From the NCBI GenBank assembly GCA_031835245.2, contig JAVKOQ020000072.1:1-64000 (forward strand): 64,000 bases of DNA, written 5' to 3'. Positions within the stretch are counted from its first letter, which is position 1. Every line of letters starts with the position of its first letter. The translations under genes and the position numbers were made by a program. Positions 58,876-64,000 of the stretch are shown piece after piece. The DNA is from Balamuthia mandrillaris. Taxonomy: Eukaryota. The notes beneath the pieces are model-generated. The model was not told the origin of the DNA, made no database searches, and saw only the letters and a list, made by a program, of their open reading frames with translations.

Positions 58876-60411
58876 TTCTGTTAAAGTTGCCTTCCGCACA
58901 TTCGACAAAGAAGCCAAAGGCAAAATAACATGGCCCGACATGGAACCTCTCTTTCGTTCGATAGCAACACTGCTTTACCAATATGGCCTGTTAGACATTC
59001 CAGGTCTTCCTCCACGAGGAAGGGATGTTCAAGTTGTCCAGAGAGAACCGACAGGAGAAGAAGACGAAGAAAGACTAAGAGAAGAAGAGGAAGCAGAGGA
59101 TGAAGTACATGAGTCCGCAGGGCTAGCCAAGTCTCTCGCTATAGGAAAGGCAACGCAAACGAACGAAACAGGAGAACCAGAGGCAGAAGATGCAAATCAA
59201 CAAGAGAAAGAGAAAGAGGGGGAGACTGATGATATCATGAAGTTTGGTCGGGAACTGTTTGGGAAGCTGTGCGCCTTTCAAGTGAAGCTGCATTCGCTTC
59301 CTCGTCGCTCTCGAAGCTCTTCGAGACTGCGAAGATTCTCTTCTTCTGTAGAGATAGATACAGTAGGAAACGAAACCGAAGCAAACCAAAAAAACGTTCT
59401 TAAAGAGAAGCTCGGCATTACCATGAACACTTGGAAGGAGTTTTTTGCTCAGAAGGACGAACTAAGGAACGTTCAAGCCTTGGGGGGCTTGCTGGAAGCG
59501 ACTGCAACTTCCCCTACTTTCTTTCATTCTATGCATTCTCATTCCTCAGATGAGATGAAGCAAAAGGCCACCATCAATCCTGGTCATTCAAGGTTTCTCT
59601 TCCCTCTACGTATTCTTGTTGCTCGGTTTTCATTCTGCTCTATGCGGTTTATTGTTCTTTCGTTCTCTCTTCTTTCGTTCTCTTGGTTTCTCATCCGTAT
59701 GCATACTGATAATGGGATATACAGTTGGGACTTTGTGGTATATATGTTAGTTGGCATTCGGAAAGCACAAGAGTCTTCCTTTCTTTCCTCTTCAGCCCTC
59801 CTCAACAATACATCTAAAGAACAGAACAGCATTACGCCTTCTTCCTCACCAAAAGACTACATTAATAGCACATCCCTTACTTCGTCCGACGAACACAACG
59901 CCTATGGAGATAACATGGTGAAAGATCTCCCTCGTGAAGCGTTCAAAACCGAAGTTCGGCATGACCTCTCCCCTTCTGCTGAATATCTCACTATCTTCGC
60001 CTCCTCCAGTTCTTCCATATTTGCCTCCGATTTCACTTCTGCCGGTTCTTCTTCTCCTTCCTCGTCTCCACCACCACTCCCCTCCTCCTCTTTTTCTTCT
60101 TCGTCTTCCAAATGGAGCTTTAAAGACTATGCTCCTCTTGTCTTTCGTCGTCTGAGAGCTCTATTCGGTGTCAGCGAGGAGGAATTCAAACTTGTGTTAG
60201 GACCGGAGAGAGTGATCGGCAACCTGTTGTTAGGCAATGTATCGGCTTTGGATGAGGTGGTCAACACGGGGCGCAGCGGCAGTTTCTTGTACAAATCGCT
60301 AGCAGGAGGCGGGCGATTCTTCATCAAGACATTACCCCCGGAGGAGTGTTTATTCTTCAGACGTATCTTACCCAGTTATTATACGGTATGACATTGTTTA
60401 CAGCCCTATGC

Positions 60412-60446
<35 letters not shown>

Positions 60447-61488
60447 ACCTGTTAAGTTAGACGCTCACAAGAGTGCTTCTCCACTAAAACACGTTAATAT
60501 ATCAGTACATGATGGATAATCCCAACTCATTATTGATTCGATTCTTGGGGCTCTACAAGATGCACAAGCCTCGCCACACGGTCTATTTTGTTGTGATGGA
60601 GAATGCGCTCTTCACTGATCTTCCCATCAACGAACAGTATGACCTCAAAGTACGTTTATGCTTTTTTGTTGAACACTTTGTCCATTAACAAGCTTTCTTT
60701 CTGTACTCCTCTTCTTCTCTGCCTCTTTGCCTCTGATTCGCTTTGCCTTTTATCGTTCGTTGTTTGTGTTGTTTGTTGCAGGGCTCAACTGTCAACCGTA
60801 CGGTGCTTAAGTCAGAACAGGATGTCATTGATCCTTCCATTGCCATGAAGGACAACGACTTTCATCGCAAACTCAAGCTCCCGCCATCTTGCAAAGAACT
60901 GTTCGTGCAACAAATCAAACGTGACTGTAAGGTAAAACCGAAGAACCCAGCACAAAACCAGGATTAACTTGAAACTTGCTGAACACAAACAGTGGTTGGA
61001 GAGCCATGCTGTGTGCGACTACTCTTTGCTCGTTGGAATCCATGTATCTCAATCAACAGTTGAGCAAGAGCAACGGCGCTTCACAAGAGCCTCACTCAAC
61101 CGAGAAGCCAACCGATCTCTTCCTCTGTTGCAACGATATCGCGTTCCCCATTATCATCCATCCCATCAGAAACGTCTCTCAAGTGGCACTCCAGCAACTT
61201 TCTCACTGTTCAGGAAGGACCACGGAGGCATTCGGGCGGCAGGAGCAGCAGCCAACGAGCTTTACTTCTTTGGACTGATCGACATTTTGACTGTCTATAA
61301 CCTCAAGAAGCGGTCCGAGCATACATTCAAAGCCATTCTTTATGACTCGGTTCGTCTCGCCTCCTTTCGTTCTTTTTGCCCGTTTGTTTCTTGCTTAACA
61401 AACCCTCCACCAGACTCAAATATCGGCCATACCACCCACGCCCTATCGAAAACGTTTCATCAAATACATTCGTTCCATCGTTGAATGA
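54405..61488 (+). CDS. Multidomain phosphatidylinositol-phosphate kinase: GRAM x2, NmrA-like Rossmann, EF-hands, PIPK domain
   Basis: GRAM QGHLYVWQHYVCF and GRLYVTQNYICF; NmrA VMVIGGSTAIG, HLAAERQIEASGIPFTVLR, WLDTRDVA, YELTGP; EF-hand DKNSDGFVD; PIPK FKDYAPLVFRRLR, GRSGS, FIKT, YDLKGS, KDND, DYSLLVGIH, GLIDIL. The start codon is uncertain. Confidence 0.85.
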
Positions 61489-61700
61489 TAGGACGACCTG
61501 AGGCCATTCAACAGTGCTTTTCTTTACCGGGAAATAACACACATGTCGATGTTTTTCAACCTCTTTCCTCACCATCACTGATCAGCTTTAAAACATTATT
61601 TTTGTATATAAAAGATATAATACCTATTTTTTTATTATTTGTTCTGAGGTAAGCGTCAGAGAACAAGTTACTCTTCTGCGCTTTGTTTATGTCTAGCTGC

Positions 61701-61738
<38 letters not shown>

Positions 61739-61859
61739 AGAAGAGAGAGGAGAGAAAGAGGAGAGGAATGCATGGACGCCAACACACGTTGTTACTCAAA
61801 CAAAATGTTCATCAAGAACAACTCCACAAAGGTCATTTCTCTCTATTTTTCTTTTTCCA

Positions 61860-63872
61860 TCACGAGGAAGACACACCAACCAACGAAGAAGCAGAAGAAG
61901 CCACCGGGAAGTCCTTTAGTCCTTGGCTCGTAGGTATCGCCACCGAAGAAGAAGCAGCAGCAGCTTCACTCGGCGGCTGACCCATGCGCTTCACGTGAGC
62001 ATAGTGCGAGAGCAACGCAGCAAAGAAGTCGGGATGCACAAAGTAAGGCACGCCCTGTTCCTCGCACATGCCGCGAACGATTGGCGCGATGTGAGGCAGG
62101 TTCACGTGGGCTAACGTCGGGAAGAGGTGGTGCTCTATCTGGTAGTTGAGTCCCCCGGAGAGCCACGTGGCCAGCGCGCTGCCGTACGAATAGTTCGAAC
62201 TGGTCATGATCTATGTGAGTGTTTGTGTTGGGCGATGTCAGTCAGCACAGAAGGAAAGAAACGACAAGAAAGAACGAAAAAAACAGAAAGAACACAAAGT
62301 CGAAACCGAAAACGAAAACGAACAACAAACAGCCCTAAATGCACGCAAAGAATGTACCTGACACTTGGCCCAATCGTTCTCCCGGTTGTACTGCTCTGGA
62401 AAGATGACGTCCTCCGCCAAGTGCGTCACCACAAACTGCAGGCTGAAGCAATAGCCCGCCGTGCAGACCACCAGGCACAACAACAGCAGGCCATGCACAA
62501 AGCCATGCCAATAGACCGCCACCAGGAAGAGCCAACAGGGCTGAGCCACTTTGGTCAACGCCAGGAGCCACAGCTCCCACGTGGGCGGGTTGTACATGGG
62601 CATGCCCCTATAGTGGCCCCGCAGGACGTAGCCCACGTCCGAGACGTACCACTTGAAGCAGACCCATGGGTACAGCAGCCAGACGTAGAGGTGTTGGAGG
62701 CGGTGGTAGGGCCTCCAGGCCTGCCCAGGATTATAACGAATGAGAGGGAAGGCGGTGGTGCTGTCGGGGTCCTGAGTGGAGTTGGTGAACTGGTGGTGCC
62801 CGATGTTGTGCTCGTGCTTCCAGACCAAGGAGCTGGCCCCCATGACGTCCATCATGCAGCCGGCCACTTTGCTCAGCCAGGCGCGCTTGCTGAAGGCGCC
62901 GTGGTTGCCGTCGTGCATGATGATGATGCCGAGCTGGCTGAAGAACCAGCCGCAGGGGATGGCGCTCCACACGTGACCCTGCACCATGGTCTCCCAGTAG
63001 AAGTAGAGGAAGAAGGCCAGGGTGAGAAAGGTTTGGAGGTAGAGCTGGGGGGCATCCTGGCGGGACAGCCCTTTTTGTTTCAGGTGGGCCTCCACCCGGT
63101 CTCGCAGCTCATCGTAGAAGGGGCTTGTCTTGCTGTAAACGAATGGGGAGTTGTTGTGGTTTTCTTTCTTTTGTTGAGTTGTTGCGTCTTCGGGCCGAGA
63201 GAGTTGTGGGTCATTCTTTTCGTTTGTCTTTGTGGTCGTCGTCCTCTTCCGCATCGTTTGTTCTTCTTCTTCTCCTTCTCCTTTTGATTGCTTCCTCTCG
63301 CCCACCACTACCCCCATAGAGGAGGAACAAGCTTGGTCGCTGCTGCTGACCAGCCGTCCGATGTAAAACTTGGGAAGGACTTTGTCCCTCACCCACCGCC
63401 CGTGCGAGGTTTCGAACAGGACCGTCACGTCCTTGCCCACGCCCTGGAGGATGAGGTCCCCTCCGGGATGCCGCTCCACAAAGGAGCTGACGTTATAGAC
63501 CTTGAGCCCGACGGACAGCCAGTAGTCCCCAGGGCTGTTATGCCGTGCGAGCTCCTCCTCGGTGATAAGTCTTTCCTTCACCTGCTCTGCCTTTCGTTGT
63601 CGCTTGGCTTCACTTTCGGCTTCTGCTTCGTCCTTCCACTTTTGTTTTTGCATCTCTTTCTCCATTTCAATGTCTTCATTGTTGCTATTGTTGTTGTGGT
63701 GGTGGTGGTGGTTGGTGGTGTGGAGAGGAAGAGGAGGAGAGGAGCGTTTCCGGAGGGTGACGCTGCCTGCCAGTGGCACAGAAGTTGCAGAAGAGGAAGA
63801 GGAGGAAGAAGAAGGAGAAGCGGGGGAGAGAGTCACCGTCTGACCCGAGAGAGTTTCTTCTTCCACCGTCAT
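61860..63872 (-). CDS. Cytochrome b5-fused front-end fatty acid desaturase (delta-5-like), 2 exons
   Basis: HPGG heme motif; His boxes HDGNH, HNIGHH, QIEHHLFP. Confidence 0.95.
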
Positions 63873-64000
63873 CTTTTTTTTCAGTTGTTTTTTTGTTTTG
63901 GCTGGTTTGTTTGTTTCGATGGGATCAGCTGACCAATCCCAAAAAAAAAAAAAGGGTTGAAGAAGGATCAACGCGACGCGATGCGATGGCAAAACGCAAA

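Overview
Gene-dense, intron-rich eukaryotic DNA with about 28 protein-coding loci in 64 kb. Short GT-AG introns are filled with sense-strand pyrimidine microsatellites. Gene content and intron style suggest a free-living amoebozoan such as Balamuthia or an Acanthamoeba relative; this is inference only. The window opens in a CpG-depleted LTR-retroelement remnant (gag zinc knuckle, polypurine tract, TGTTG...CAACA LTR). Recognisable genes follow: a receptor tyrosine kinase, ACOT9, TATDN1, an ABCG half transporter, a CASTOR-like ACT protein, an RFX factor, RPAP2, N6AMT1, F-box/SPRY, TRAPPC5, histone H4, intronless SMC4 and a cytochrome b5-fused desaturase. The most unusual items are (1) a G-alpha-like protein lacking the whole helical domain with degenerate G boxes, transcribed head-to-head with (2) a GRAM-GRAM-NmrA-EF-hand-PIP kinase fusion, (3) a fimbrin-type actin-binding protein with a prion-like GGWG/Q-rich N-terminus, an ER/K helix and a C2 domain, (4) three genes resembling bacterial families (ankyrin plus conserved C-terminal domain, DUF488, cupin) and (5) several non-coding islands with strong hairpin potential. 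All exon structures were assembled by eye and all family calls come from motif recognition, not database searches. No rRNA, tRNA or CRISPR array was seen.
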